Shown here one piece after another: positions 37,531 through 52,109 of a stretch of DNA of 64,000 bases; position 1 is the first letter of the stretch, and each line of letters begins with the position of its first letter. The notes beneath the pieces were generated by a model. It had not been told where the DNA came from, did not search any database, and saw only the letters and a program-made list of their open reading frames with translations. Made by a program: the position numbers and the translations under genes. The stretch comes from Octopus sinensis (taxonomy: Eukaryota), in contig NC_043019.1 in assembly GCF_006345805.1 (NCBI RefSeq), forward strand, positions 6,075,360 to 6,139,359, written 5' to 3'.

Positions 37531-37869
37531 AATGAAGACCAACCAGAAGAAAATGGAAGACAAAGCTTTGTTGTAAACATTTCTAATGTAAACATTGAAA
37601 TGGTAGTAAAGAGGAAAAACAGATGACTGAGGAAATTGTATGAAAAATGGAAAGAAAAAATACAGGAATAAAGATTGTAAGAGATAGAAAACCTGAAATG
37701 AAGAGATTGGTTCTGACTGTAACAAAACAAAAAACTAAAGGTTTGGGTGATGGATGCCAAGAAACTGAAAATCTTAATAACCAACATAATTCGGAAAAAG
37801 TATCTAATGAAATAAATGAGTACACAACGACAAGTGTATGAGTAAACAGAATGATAATAGGTTGAATGT

Positions 37870-38200
37870 GAAGGCGCATGGCTCAGTGGTTAGAGCGTCG
37901 AGCTTACGATCGTGAGGTTGTGAGCTCGAATCCCGGACCGGGTTGCGTGTTGTGTTCTTGAGCAAGGCACTTTATTTCACGTTGCTCCAGTTCACTCAGC
38001 TGTAGAAATGAGTTGCGACATCACAGGTGCCAAGCTGTATCGGCCCCTTTGCCTTTCCCTTGGATAACACTGGTGGCGTGGAGAGGGGAGGCCTGTATGC
38101 ATGGGCGACTGCTGGTCTTCCATAAACCACCTCGCCCAGACTTGTGACTAGGAGGGTAACTTTCTAGGTGCAATCCCATGGTCAGTGTCGTGACCGACGG
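37870..38200 (+). mobile_element. SINE family D, full length
   Basis: GGCGCATGGCTCAGTGGTTAG..GAGCTCGAATCCC tRNA-like head. Confidence 0.85.
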
Positions 38201-38368
38201 CCCCGCCCCCCGAATAGGTTGAATGCATAACGATGATAAGAACAGATCGCTTATGCCTAACGTCGAAGCTGCTAATGGAAGTAAACTCTTAGAAGAAGTA
38301 GAAAAAGCAATGAAGTCAACGAAAGGCAACTGGAGCAGATGCATTAAAAGCCTTTGATAACTGGATAT

Positions 38369-38753
38369 GGAAGCACTCCGTCGGTTACGACGACGAGGGT
38401 TCCGGTTGATCCGAATCAACGGAACAGCCTGCTCGTGAAATTAACGTGCAAGTGGCTGAGCACTCCACAGACACGGGCACCCTTAACGTAGTTCTCGGGG
38501 ATATTCAGCGTGACACAGAGAGTGACAAGGCCGGCCCCTTGAAATACAGGTACAACAGAAACAGGAAGTAAGAGTGAGAGAAAGTTGTTTTGAAAGAGTA
38601 CAGCAGGGATCACCACCATCCCCTGCCGGAGCCTCGTGGAGCTTTTAGGTGTTTTCGCTCAATAAACACTCACAACGGCCGGTCTGGGAATCGAAACCGC
38701 GATCCTACGACCGCGAGTCCGCTGCCCTAACCACTGGGCCATTGCGCCTCCAC
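38369..38753 (-). mobile_element. SINE family C, full length
   Basis: Near-identical to 29034-29416. Confidence 0.92.
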
Positions 38754-39182
38754 ATTTGATAATTACATTGTAGATCTAATAACAGAATGGACACGGCTGA
38801 GATAAAAGCAATCGATCTTTGTGCCATTGTCAAAGAAACAAGAGCCCGAACACTGAGACCATAATCGTAATGAGTCATGTGACTAAAATATCGAAAAAAT
38901 ATCGAATAATAAAAGGAAAAGCTAGCTATAAAGTGACTTTAACCTACGAATGGAGACTCCTGGGTGAATACGTAACTAACGACTCCTGTAGGGAAATATC
39001 AGAAATATTAAATTTCTAAATCTCTCATAGAGATATGTACGGTGGTGGGGCGATAGAATGGTTGCATACTGTCAATTTAACGTGAACGTGACAGTAGGGG
39101 GTTACACCACCGCTGTTTAACCCTAGGAAGCATCGACGCTTCCTGCTGGCTTCGACACATTTTTCTTGTGTCCTTATATACA

Positions 39183-39460
39183 TTGCCGAACCGCTAAGTG
39201 ACGGGTACGTAAACACACCAGCATCGGTTGTCAAGCGATGTTGAGGGGACAAACACAGACACAAACACATACATACATACCTGTATATACACATATACAA
39301 CGGGCTTCTTTCAGTTTCCGTCTACCAAATCCACTCATAAGGCTTTGGTCGGCCCGAGACTATAGCAGAAGATACTTGCACAAGCTGCCACGCAGTGGGA
39401 CTGAATCCGAAACAATGTGGTTCGTAAACAAGCTACTTACCACACAGCCACTCCTACGCC
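39183..39460 (-). mobile_element. SINE family A, 3'-truncated
   Basis: Match to family consensus. Confidence 0.85.
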
Positions 39461-40329
39461 AATCGTAGAGAAAAAATTGTTAAAATATTTTCTGTATTAT
39501 AGAAGTATAAGTAATTTATTGAAAATAAATTTTAAAAACAAAGTTTTACATGGACATCCAAGGATTATGTGAACCATGATTGAGAACCCTTGCTATACGC
39601 AGAGATATTCAGACAAATAGAAGACATGCCGCTAGTATTAATAGGAACACCAACAACTTAAGATGTGTAGACAATATCTAAAGACAATCTATAGAAGCAT
39701 GTAATGTCGCGAGTGAACGACAGTGTAACGTCCTGTGGAATGGAAATGATTGTAATGAAAATAAAATAATTGGTAATTAACAAGAAACAACAGTCGTTGA
39801 AAATAAATAGTACAATTGGGGGACAAATGAATGAAAGAGAGACCAAAGATAATATAGCAAAGATAAAAATAGGAAATATGAAAGAGAAATCAAAAGGATT
39901 GAGATAGCAAGAAAGTCATTAATATCGAAACCAAAAAAAGATGATTAAAATGTTATGTATAGTCCATTCTACCATAGAGAAAGTTGAAAGATGGTCATTA
40001 ACAAAAGTATCATGAAATAGATGACAGCGTCTGAGAAGTTAGAAATATAGAAGGCTTTTGAGAATATCGTCTTGGGCAGAGAATACCATGGATATTTTTA
40101 ATCAATGATAATTGAAAATGGTAAAAACTAAGAATATTTTCTTGGACACCATCAAAGAGAGAAAACTAAAATATTTTCATCACTAAATTGGAGGGAAAAT
40201 GGTTTACAGTGAGACTATTAATAGAAGGTATAACAAAAGGAAAAAGAGAAAAAGGAAAACCAAGAAATGTGTGAATGGACGACATCAAGAATTGGACCAA
40301 CTTAAAATTCAGTGAATAGAATAGAATAA

Positions 40330-40575
40330 GGACAGAGTAAAATGACAGGGCAGACGATCGATGGTACTGAAAATATTGAGAGTAGAAGATATTTGATGAT
40401 GATGAAGACGACTGAAAAGATTAAAAGAAAGGGAAATCAAAATCGAAGTGAAATTCGAAAATTTGCTAAACAACAAAAAAACCCACTCCACGGCCAGCAT
40501 CTTAAAAGAGTTGGCAGTTGGGATTTTACCAGAGTAAAGACTAAATGGATCAAAAGCTCTGGATAAAAAAGAAAC
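40330..40575 (+). mobile_element. R4-like LINE fragment
   Basis: KNPLHGQHL..KWIKSSG*KKETG pattern. Confidence 0.5.
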
Positions 40576-41399
40576 TGGCATCGTTGATGTTCTAACAGTT
40601 CTTTGTGCTGTTGTTGTTGCTGTTGTTTTTGTTGCCGGTACTGTTGTCTCTGGACACATTAATGTTGTTTTACCATGGTTAAGGCTGATGGCGGTGGTGG
40701 GATTCTGTGGTTATTGACATTAATAATTTCGAAATAGTTTTTTTTTTATCGAGAGGAAGAAGATTCTCTTTGCTAAAAGCAAAATAAAATTCTTTCACCA
40801 TTCCATCCTCCTAATTCCCTTTTCCATATTCTTTCACCCACCTCGACTCCGTACAGATCAATACTCGGCGTTATTTGTAGTTTTCTTCTAAATTAATTGC
40901 AAACGTCAGTTTGGCAGGGGAGGGCGTTAATGAGATTGACCCCTTGCAGTGAAAGGGACAAGGATGTGACCTTCCAACTCTCTTCGGCTCAAAGTTACTT
41001 CAGCATTAAAATACACAACACAAATGTTTTATAAACATCAGTTCTTTTCACGATTCAGGGGCCGAAGCAAAATAACAACAGCAACAACAACGATAACAAT
41101 AATAATTACTATTATTATTATTTAGTGAGAGAGCTGTGCATGCCATCAAAGTGACACTGGGGTACAATTATACGAAGCCCAACATACCCATCAGGACTAC
41201 TCGTCATGTGCACACCAAGCACATGCAGCACAACCATATGTGCGCCACGTGGTGATCGCATATGAAGATAAACAATACATGACCTTTTTATATTCTTCCA
41301 ATGTCAACTTACAGCATTCTTCTCACAATGGATGTCACTGTCTCATTCCAAGTTCCACAGGTTCTACATTTTTCCGACTCATTTTCTCCATATTTATTT

Positions 41400-42040
41400 T
41401 TCTCAAGTTGTTTGTTTTTGCCGCTTGATCTTGGACTGTTTACAATTAGGCTCTCTGTTTCTTTTTTATTTTTTTTTAATATCCCCTTTTTTAACCAAGC
41501 CCAGGATTTTATTCCTCATACGCCTTCTGTGGCTCTCCAAAATTGGCCATGCACAGGTTTCTCTTCGATTTATCTGATGTGCTCTCTTAGTATTTCATTC
41601 TTGTCCTTCTCTCCTATTACGCCCTTCATCACCTATTCTTTATTAACTGTCTTCAGTAGTTTTTCTGTGCTACTCTCTAAACACTCTACTAGACGTTTTC
41701 TTTCCATCTGTACACATTCTTCTACTGCTATTGAGCCTCTTCCACCCTGATCTCTCCTCAAAAACAGCCGGTTGATATCAGCTTTCGGATGGTGGGCTCC
41801 ATACATCGTGAACAACTTCCTACTTTTTTCTGTGAAGCTTCTTTATATCCTTTTTGGTCCAGTCTATAATTCCAACTCCGGATCTGATTAAGGGTACTAC
41901 TCTTGAATTTTTGGAATTCAATTTTGACTGCAATAATTTTCTGACTCCCTTTGTGTACTCCCTACATGTAATTTGTTTCATTTCTTCACTTTTTATCTCG
42001 TCTGCTTCCAGTATCCCCAAGTACTTATACTTTTTCAACC
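41400..42040 (-). mobile_element. R4/Dong-like LINE RT C-terminal fragment
   Basis: YKYLGILEA..KLLQSKLN..GIIDW; MYGAHHPKADINRLFLRRDQGGRG. Confidence 0.8.
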
Positions 42041-42061
42041 GCCCTCATTGTTTGCCCTATA

Positions 42062-43265
<1,204 letters not shown>

Positions 43266-43534
43266 ATGCCATTTCTTTCTAAGCGACAAGTGTTTAAAAT
43301 AGTCAATATAAAATTTAAGAAATAAAACGTAAAACCGGTGATTGCAAAAATTCTGAGTTTGAAAATACAGGTTAAATAAAAGAAACAATGGAAGGGAAAA
43401 GTGAAAGACTTCCTGCCAAGAAATACGGAAAAAAGCTGAAAAATTACAAAAAATTATATAATGGCAAACTGTTATGTATTATTATGTGTGTATGAAAGAA
43501 AAATGTGGAAATGATTGTAGTTCAATGTCTTGAA

Positions 43535-44221
43535 TGGCATACATACACACACACACACATATGCATAAGCACAGGCACACACACACACATACATACATAC
43601 ATACAAACATACATACATACATGCATGCATGCGTGCATGCATGCGTGCATACATACAAACATACATATATATATACATACACATACATACATACAAACAT
43701 ACATATATACATACATACATACATACATACATACAAACATACATACATACATACACACATACATACAAACATACATATATACATACATACATACATACAT
43801 ACATACAAACATACATACATACATACATCCATCCATACATACATACATACATACATACATACATACATTCATACAAACATACATAAATACATACATACAT
43901 ATATACATATATATACATGCACATACATACATACATACATACATACTTACATAAATACATACATGCATACAAACATACATACATACATACATGCATGCAT
44001 GCGTACATACATACATACATACATACAAACATACATACATACAAAAATACATACAAACATACATACATACATACATACATACATACATACAGACATACAT
44101 ACATACATACATGCATGCATACATACATACATACATGCATACATACATAAATACATACATACATAAATACAAACATACGTACATACAAACATACATACAT
44201 ACATACATACATACATACATA
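43535..44221. repeat. (CATA)n microsatellite
   Basis: Tandem ACAT with variants. Confidence 0.95.
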
Positions 44222-44535
44222 CAGAAGAGAAACCGTGTACAGTTGCGGAAATTAGCTGCCCTGCGGTTGTTAGCATAAAGCTGAGGTACAGTGAAAAAGA
44301 GAACACCTATGATTAACTGTTGAGAAATCCGCTGTTATTCTTTCTAGATTATATGTTCAGATTTACACCTGTAATTATCGGGGCCTTGGGATGTGTGACA
44401 TACTGACTACATACCAATCTTGAGAAATTAGGGTTTTCAAAACCAGAAAGGAGAAAGCTAATTGGAAGATTACAGATCCAATCCACCACTGGAACTGTAA
44501 AAATCTGTAAAACTTTCCAGAAGTTTTTCAGTTAA
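44222..44535 (+). mobile_element. R4-like LINE RLE C-terminus, running into its 3' UTR
   Basis: VAEISCPA..SEKENTY..FTPVII...LEKLGFS..TGTVKICKTFQKF*. Confidence 0.8.
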
Positions 44536-44621
44536 GTATATATGAGCATATCTAGATATGCAACTATATGCATGAGAATACATACATAAAGCAAAGCATG
44601 CAAATCTGCTCATATACATAC

Positions 44622-45102
44622 ATCCACCCATCCATCCATCCATCCATCCATCCATCCATGCATGCATACATACATACATACATACATACATACATACATA
44701 CATTCATACATACATGCATACATACATACATAATACATACATACACACACACATACATGCATACATACATACATACATACACACACGTACATACATACAT
44801 AATTCATACATACATTCATATATATACATACATACACACATACATTCATGTATACATACATACATAATACATACATACATACATACACACACACATACAT
44901 ACATACATACATAATACATACATACATACATACATGCACACATGCATACATACATACATACACACACACATACATACATACATACATAATTCATACATAC
45001 ACACACACATACATACATACATACATACATACATACATACATACATACATACATACATACATACATACACACACATATACATACATACATGCATACATAC
45101 AT
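44622..45102. repeat. (CATC)n/(CATA)n microsatellite
   Basis: Tandem tetranucleotides. Confidence 0.95.
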
Positions 45103-45219
45103 ACCCTGTTGATGTTAAAACACCAGTGAAGAACTCTTGGGTCTAGGTTAGAAACAGACTCTTTTCCTATTTGCAAGAAAATCTTGAAATAAAACTGAAC
45201 AAAGACACATACGCAGTGG

Positions 45220-45612
45220 TACTCTTTTACTCTTTTACTTGTTTCAGTCATTTGACTGCGGCCATGCTAGAGCACCGTCTTTAGTTTAGCAAATCGACCC
45301 CAGGACTTATTCTTTGGAAACCTAGTACTTATTCTATCTTCCTCTTTTGCCGAACCGCTAAGTTACGGGGACGTAAACACACCACCATCGGTTGTCAAGC
45401 GATGTTGGGGGACAAAGACACACAAACATGTACACACACATACATATATATATACATATATACGACGGGCTTCTTTCAGTTTCCGTCTACCAAATCCACT
45501 CACAAGGCTTTGGTCGGCCCGAGGCTATAGTAGAAGACACTTGCCCAAGGTGCCACACAGTGGGACTGAACCCGGAATCATGTGGTTGGTAAGCAAGCTA
45601 CTTACCACACAG
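45220..45612 (-). mobile_element. SINE family A
   Basis: Match to family consensus. Confidence 0.9.
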
Positions 45613-46007
45613 TAAAGATTTGTAAGACATTCTGCAGATTCTCTGAGATTCTTATGTGAAATGATGCACACACTTACGTCTACGCATCAATATTCAACCA
45701 ACAGAACCAACACAACCACATATTTACAAACACTGAGAACTCTCTTAACTGAAAAAATCTTGTCGCTTTGTTAGCGACAGGCTTGAAATCTCTCTAGAAC
45801 TTAAATTAAACTCAAAGAAAAATATGTGTTTCTATATTTTATTCATTTAATTGGTAATAAATAAACATTAAAATTTTGACCCATTTATACCAATAAGGAA
45901 CAAGTTTATTCTAGTAGCATAAAATTTGGGGACCAAAGAATTCTGCGAAGTCACTGTTATTGAAATTCTTTAAACACTTGGTGACCGAAATGAATGTGGA
46001 GAGTAAA

Positions 46008-46390
46008 TCTTTATATATAAAAAAGAAGTTGTGTGCCTGTCTCCTACGATTTAGATTCCTAACTACTCCCACATTTAACCAAAACCGGGTATCTTATAGT
46101 CGTGATTCATATCGAGCCCTTCTGGGTATTAGCGCGCGTCTACGATGAGTCTACGATTTAAAAAAAAATTTACCATCATTTTTTCCATTTTAATGCATTT
46201 TTTCGCTATTATATAAGGGAAGTAACTCTCTAAAAATGTCTACGATGAGTCAACGATTTTTAAGAAAATTTACCATAATTTGTTTTCCATTTTTAATGCA
46301 TTTTTTGCTATTTTTTGGCTATAACTCTCTAAAAATGCTTATATAGTTATTTCCCTTACAAACCCGAGCAACGCCGGGCGATACTGCTAG
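46008..46390 (+). mobile_element. Non-autonomous Helitron, copy 2
   Basis: A|TC...hairpin...CTAG|T; highly similar to 30211-30604. Confidence 0.88.
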
Positions 46391-47035
46391 TCTGAAATAA
46401 CCTAGTTCAATACATTTCAGCAAAAAAACATTTACAGTATTTATGACTGAGCGATTCCATAGAGAAGAACTATTCCTTTGTGATTGACAAATACTGGACG
46501 TAAATGTTGCATTGTTTTTAATGTACTTTGTTGATTTTCTGGTAATAGCTCTTTGATGAAACATTCAAGAAATAATCGTGAATGATTCTGCTTGCCAATC
46601 AACGAACCGTGACCATAGGTTTTTTTTTATTCCTCTTCGATTTGGAAAATCGTTTTAATGCTTCACCTCGAGCATGCTTTGATATCGCAAACATTGGACG
46701 CTGGCTTACGTTCCATTTTTAAATCCCACAATAAAAGCCACTTCCTTGCTTTGACATACTCAACTAACAGAAAAAAAATAAAACCATTAGCAGAAATCAA
46801 TAGATCGAAATCAATGCTTCAAACTAATGTACATATGTATATAATTGAACAGACGTAGATTCAAAAATATATATCAAAATTTCAAATAACAAATGTCGCA
46901 AGTTTTATTTAAATACAAAATGGAGTTTTGAAAGAAAATTGGGGCTTTTAAATAATTTTAATTACGTAAATAATTTTTGACAGCAACTACACATATGTGC
47001 GTGTGTATGTGTATATGTGTGGGTCCATGTATACT

Positions 47036-47099
47036 TCTATATATATATATATATATATATAAGTGCAGACTTATATATATAAACGCTTTGTATAAACGT

Positions 47100-47151
<52 letters not shown>

Positions 47152-47157
47152 ACGTTT

Positions 47158-47189
<32 letters not shown>

Positions 47190-47208
47190 ACGTTTATATA
47201 TGTGTATA

Positions 47209-47239
<31 letters not shown>

Positions 47240-47301
47240 CATATATATACACATATATAAACGTATATATATATATATATACACATATATAAACGTATAC
47301 A

Positions 47302-47344
<43 letters not shown>

Positions 47345-47428
47345 GTTTGTATATATATATATATATAATATATATATATATACACATATATAAACGTATA
47401 TATATATATATATGTATGTATGTATGTT

Positions 47429-47470
<42 letters not shown>

Positions 47471-47473
47471 AAC

Positions 47474-47548
<75 letters not shown>

Positions 47549-47560
47549 TGAACGTATATG
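47036..47560. repeat. (TA)n-based compound microsatellite
   Basis: TA runs with recurring ACACATATATAAACG and TATGTATGTTTG subunits. Confidence 0.95.
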
Positions 47561-48084
47561 TATATATCATCTCTTTCTCTCCCTCACACACACATGCAAG
47601 ATTAATCTCTAAAAATTGGTAACGAAGAAAAAGAATTATTTAAAAGCCCAGCAATTTTGGTTTTTTCCAAAGCTCCGTTTCTTTTTTTATTTATTTAATT
47701 CTTCCACTGAAAATGGAATCCCGTAAACTTCGAACAGAATTGTTTAACGAAGAGAAAAAAATGATTATTCACACAAAGTGGTATTGCTGATGAGAATAAC
47801 TACAAGAAAAATTAAAATTGTGCGTTTAAATTGTACAAATAAAAAACTAAAAACAAAACAACAATAGTTTTTTATATATGTTTTTAGGTTCGTTATTTAG
47901 TAGTTATTGTTGATACAAAATAAGGATTGATTTCAAATTTTCAGTTTAATGTATATCTTTCATTCTAAATAGACCTGGATATCTGCAAACTATTTGTTTA
48001 TAATTATATGGTCATGGGGACAGTACACACACATACGAGCGGGTCTTCATTAAAAATTTCCCCTAACCCACTTCCGGTTGCTCT

Positions 48085-48660
48085 CTCTCTTTTACTCTTT
48101 TACTTGTTTCAGTCATTTGACTGCAGCCATGCTGGAGCACCGCCTTTAGTCGAGCAAATCGACCCCGGGACTTATTCTTTGTAAGCCCAGTACTTATTCT
48201 ATCGGTCTCTTTTGCCGAACCGCTAAGTGACGGGGACGTAAACACACCAGCATCGGTTGTCAAGCAATGCTAGGGGGACAAACACAGACACACAAACACA
48301 CACACGCATATATATATATACATATATACGACGGGCTTCTTTCAGTTTCCGTCTACCAAATCCACTCACAAGGCTTTGGTCGGCCCGAGGCTATAGTAGA
48401 AGACACTTGCCCAAGGTGCCACGCAGTGGGACTGAACCCGGAACCATGTGGTTGGTAAACAAGCTACTTACCACACAGCCAACGCATATATATACATATA
48501 TACGACGGGCTTCTTTCAGTTTCCGTCTACTAAATCCACTCACAAGGCTTTAGTCGGCCCGAGGCGATAGTAGAAGACACTTGCCCAAGGTGCCACGCAG
48601 TGGGACTGAACCCGGAACCATGTGGTTGGTAAACAAGCTACTTACCACACAGCCACTCCT
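48085..48660 (-). mobile_element. SINE family A with tandemly duplicated 5' half
   Basis: ~170-bp head block at ~48310-48480 and ~48485-48660. Confidence 0.9.
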
Positions 48661-48689
48661 ATATGTATATCTCCTATATGTCACATTGT

Positions 48690-49766
48690 AAATTGCAGCT
48701 TGCCACAAGTGTTCGCTTGTCTTTTACGACTGCTGAAGTGGACTCAGGTGTTATAAAGGAAGCAGTTGAATGTAGACCAGTGATCAGGTTATTATACTTG
48801 AAAGGTTGTACACCAAAAGATACTTTCAATAAGATGAAAGTTAATGGTGACGATGCACCATCATACGATGTAGTCAAGCACTGACATCGCCAGTTCAGTA
48901 TCGGTGGAAACTTCTCCTATGCCTGGACAACCACATTCCACCATTGATGACGACACCATCTATAAAATGGAAGCCGCCATTTTGGAGGAACACCGCATAA
49001 CTATTCGGCAACTAGCCCAAGAAGTGAAGATAAGTGTAGGGTCCGTGGAAAAACTCATTCACGACCATTTGCACATGCGGAAGTTGTCTGCACGAATCAA
49101 TTCCTCCCAAGCTCTTTTGACAATGCGCCAAGAAAACAAGAAGGACTTTTTCGGCAGACTTATTATACAGGATGAAACATGGGTCCATCACTATGACCTG
49201 AGATTAAAGTCCAGTCGAAGCAATGGAAGCATGATAACACACCACCTCCAAAGAAGGCTCGCATCCAACTCTCAACAGGCATGGTGATGCTCAGTCTTTT
49301 GGGACCAGCGTAGAATAGTGATGATGGATTTTCTGGCTAAAGGGAACCATAATTAATGGGGCATATTATGCTTCTCTGCTACAGAAATTACAGAACGTCA
49401 TCAAAGTAGAGAGGCGTAGCATGCTGATCAAAGGAGTCCGCCCCCTCCGAGACAATGCTCCAGTTCACAATGCGCATGTTGCCCAGATGAAAGCACACTC
49501 TTGTGGCTATGAAATCCTTCTTCATCCACCTTACTCTCCGAACCTCACACCATCTAACTTCCATCTATTTCCAACAATGAAGTCTTATTTGAAAGGGAAA
49601 CACTTTTCGGATGATGATGAACTTATTTCCGAGGTAAAGTCTTGGCCCAGATGCAACCTACCGACTTCTTCAGACGAGGTCTTCACAACTCCATAAAGCG
49701 ATGGAAGAAATGTGTCACCATTGGTGGTGGATAGGTAGAGAAGGACTAATAATTATGCCAAGTTTC
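48690..49766 (+). mobile_element. Decayed mariner (D,D34D-type) transposon
   Basis: RITIRQLAQEVKIS.GSV..IHDHLHMRKLSAR, QDETWVHHYD, DNAPVH, HPPYSPNLTPSNFHLF. Confidence 0.9.
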
Positions 49767-50169
49767 GATGATGATTAAAAGAAGTAAAGCTTCTTTTAAA
49801 TTTCTTGGCGGGCATAGGCCATATATAAATGGAAGAAGATGTTGGAAAACTCTGCTTCGTGAAAACGAGAATCATTCTAAAATCATTTGCATGGTCCGGT
49901 TACTTTTTTGAATCAAAAATCAAAAATATTCGGATGTTGTCTCCAAGAGTTGAAATATGGTTTGGTAATTTGGTCCTCTATATTTTTGGAGAAAGGCCCT
50001 ACATTCACGTACATGCACAAAAATGACCCATTTCCACCCCGTATAACATCAGTCCATTGGCAGTAACTCTTCCCTCCATCCCGAAACATGCAATAATTCT
50101 TCACAATGTTTGATTCGCGTTCTTTTTACCAACGCCAAGTCGACCAGGATCTATATATATATATATATA

Positions 50170-50404
50170 CCTATTTCTTTACTACCCACAAGGGGCTAAA
50201 CACAGAGAGGACAAACAGAGACAGACGAACGGATTAAGTCGATTATATCGACCCCAGTGCATAACTGGTACTTATTTAATCGACCCCGAAAGGATGAAAG
50301 GCAAAGTCGACCTCGGCGGAATCTGAACTCGGAACGTAGCGGCAGACGAAATACTGCTAAGCATTTCGCCCGGCGTGCTAACAATTCTGCCAGCTCGCCG
50401 CCTT
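50170..50404 (-). mobile_element. SINE family B
   Basis: Match to family consensus. Confidence 0.9.
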
Positions 50405-50414
50405 ATATATACCA

Positions 50415-51496
50415 TCAGTACAAAAGAAGTTATATGATTCTAGGCAGCATGTCTAAAGGGTCGCCAATATTTTCAAATGCAATAGCCGGCGCAAAACCAA
50501 TCCAACAGTAAATGTGACCGTCTTTTCTGAAACTTTTGTGTCGATGCTGACGAACTTTTGCATACCGATGTTCCTTGGCTATCGAAAGGCAACTTCTTGG
50601 CAAGAGTTGTAAACTTATTTGATATAATAGTTGTATTCTAATGAACAGAAGGACACTCAGCCACCGAAATTCAAGCTCAAAAGAACATATACTGTCTTAG
50701 TTGGATTTTCCGTAAGCTGAACGAGGTCCGTCTTCTACTGCAGGAGAAAATGATAATGCTGATAGACTGTAAACGGGTGATGAGAGCTTTTGTTGAAAAA
50801 ATCAATCTTTCTCGAGTTAATTTAAAATTAAGTTTCATAATATGCTCAAACTGGCGGAAATCGATTTTTGTGAAAATGATATTGGTATTTATTGCGACCA
50901 TCTGTCTGCCTTGGAAAATGATTTAGAAACCAGATTTGCTGATTTATTTAATTTCACTATTCCCAGTGCACACGAAAATATCCAAGAGGAAGCAATCGAG
51001 ATGAAATGTAATGAATTTCAAATTAAGAAAGATTGTTTGAATTCTGGCAATCAGACACTGTAAATCACTATATCCAAATTTATGGTCCCAATTATCGAAA
51101 ATCCTTTTGTGTTTCCCAACATCATATCTTGTCGAAACTGGATTTAGTACTATCCATCACATTTTGCGGAAGGAAAGAAACAGATTTGACATTATTTCAC
51201 GTGGAGATATTTGTATCTGTTTGAGTAGCATTAAGCCTGACATTGAATTTTCAGCGGAACATCACCAATCTTTGGGCTCACACTAGTTCGTCCTTTTCTA
51301 CATTTAAATTAAGAATAAAATTTTATAATAATTCATTTTTCGTTTGCATTTACATGTACAATTTTTTTTAGTGTTGATTAATCATAATAACATTATATTT
51401 AGCATTTGTTATTTTCTGGTGGGCGATTTTCAATTAGCTTACGTCAAAAATAGCTTTTAGGTGGGGCGATGGCTGGGAAAATGTTGAGAACCACTG
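50415..51496 (+). mobile_element. hAT (Charlie/Buster-like) transposase 3' remnant with terminal repeat
   Basis: LLHTDVPWLSKG; YPNLW..ILLCFPTSYLVETGFS..RNR..RGD; 3' end TTGAGAACCACTG. Confidence 0.85.
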
Positions 51497-51770
51497 GTCT
51501 AAGTGCCATGCTTGTCTGTCCTATATAGTTATGTCCACAACCTGAACAAGTTATTACATAAATTAGGTTCTCAGAGGCACAAGTGAAGCTGGTTTTAATT
51601 GTGAACCTCTTTCCTTGTTTGAAAAGGAAATTCGAGCCTTCTTGCAGGTTGGGGCATGTTCCACAGTTTGGGCGTCCACACTTTTTAGCCGTTGGTTTCG
51701 TGGTTTACAGTCTGAGTTTACTATATACTACCTTCTCAGTTTTTTCGCGCTTCTTCTATTATTCAAATGT

Positions 51771-52096
51771 GAGAGCGTGTGGCTTAGTGGTTAAGGCATT
51801 CGGCTCATGATCGTAAGGTTGTGAGTTCGATTCCCGGCGACGCGTTGTGTCCTTGAGCAAGACATTTTATTTCACGTTGCTCCAGTCCACTCAGCTGGCA
51901 AAAATGAGTAGTACCTGTATTTCAAAAATGGGCCAGCCTTGTCACAATCTGTGTCACGCTGAATCTCTTTGCGAACTGCGTTAAAGGTACACGTGTCTGT
52001 GGAGTGCTCAGCCAGTTGCACTTTAATTTCACGAGCAAACTGTTCCGTTGATCGTATCAGCTGGGACCCTCGTCGTCGCAACCGACGGAGTGTTCC
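51771..52096 (+). mobile_element. Chimeric SINE: family D-type head with family C-type 3' half
   Basis: 51771-51910 matches the 3935/37870 heads; 51910-52096 matches 7277-7461. Confidence 0.85.
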
Positions 52097-52109
52097 CCCC
52101 CCCCTATTA

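Larger units (their letters stand above)
36010..40320 (+). mobile_element. Ancient RTE-clade LINE in colinear fragments (~36010-36330, 37620-37860, 38200-38368, 39590-40320)
   Basis: Endonuclease-like IQV.TP..DEATEEFY; LEEVEKAMKS; C-terminal LRISW..TIKERKLKYF..W.DDIK patterns across frames. Confidence 0.55.

Noticed and set aside
49790-50140. Short minus-strand frame (KNYCMFRDGGKSYCQWTDV..)
   Set aside because: Interrupted by stops, with no recognisable motif or convincing splice sites.
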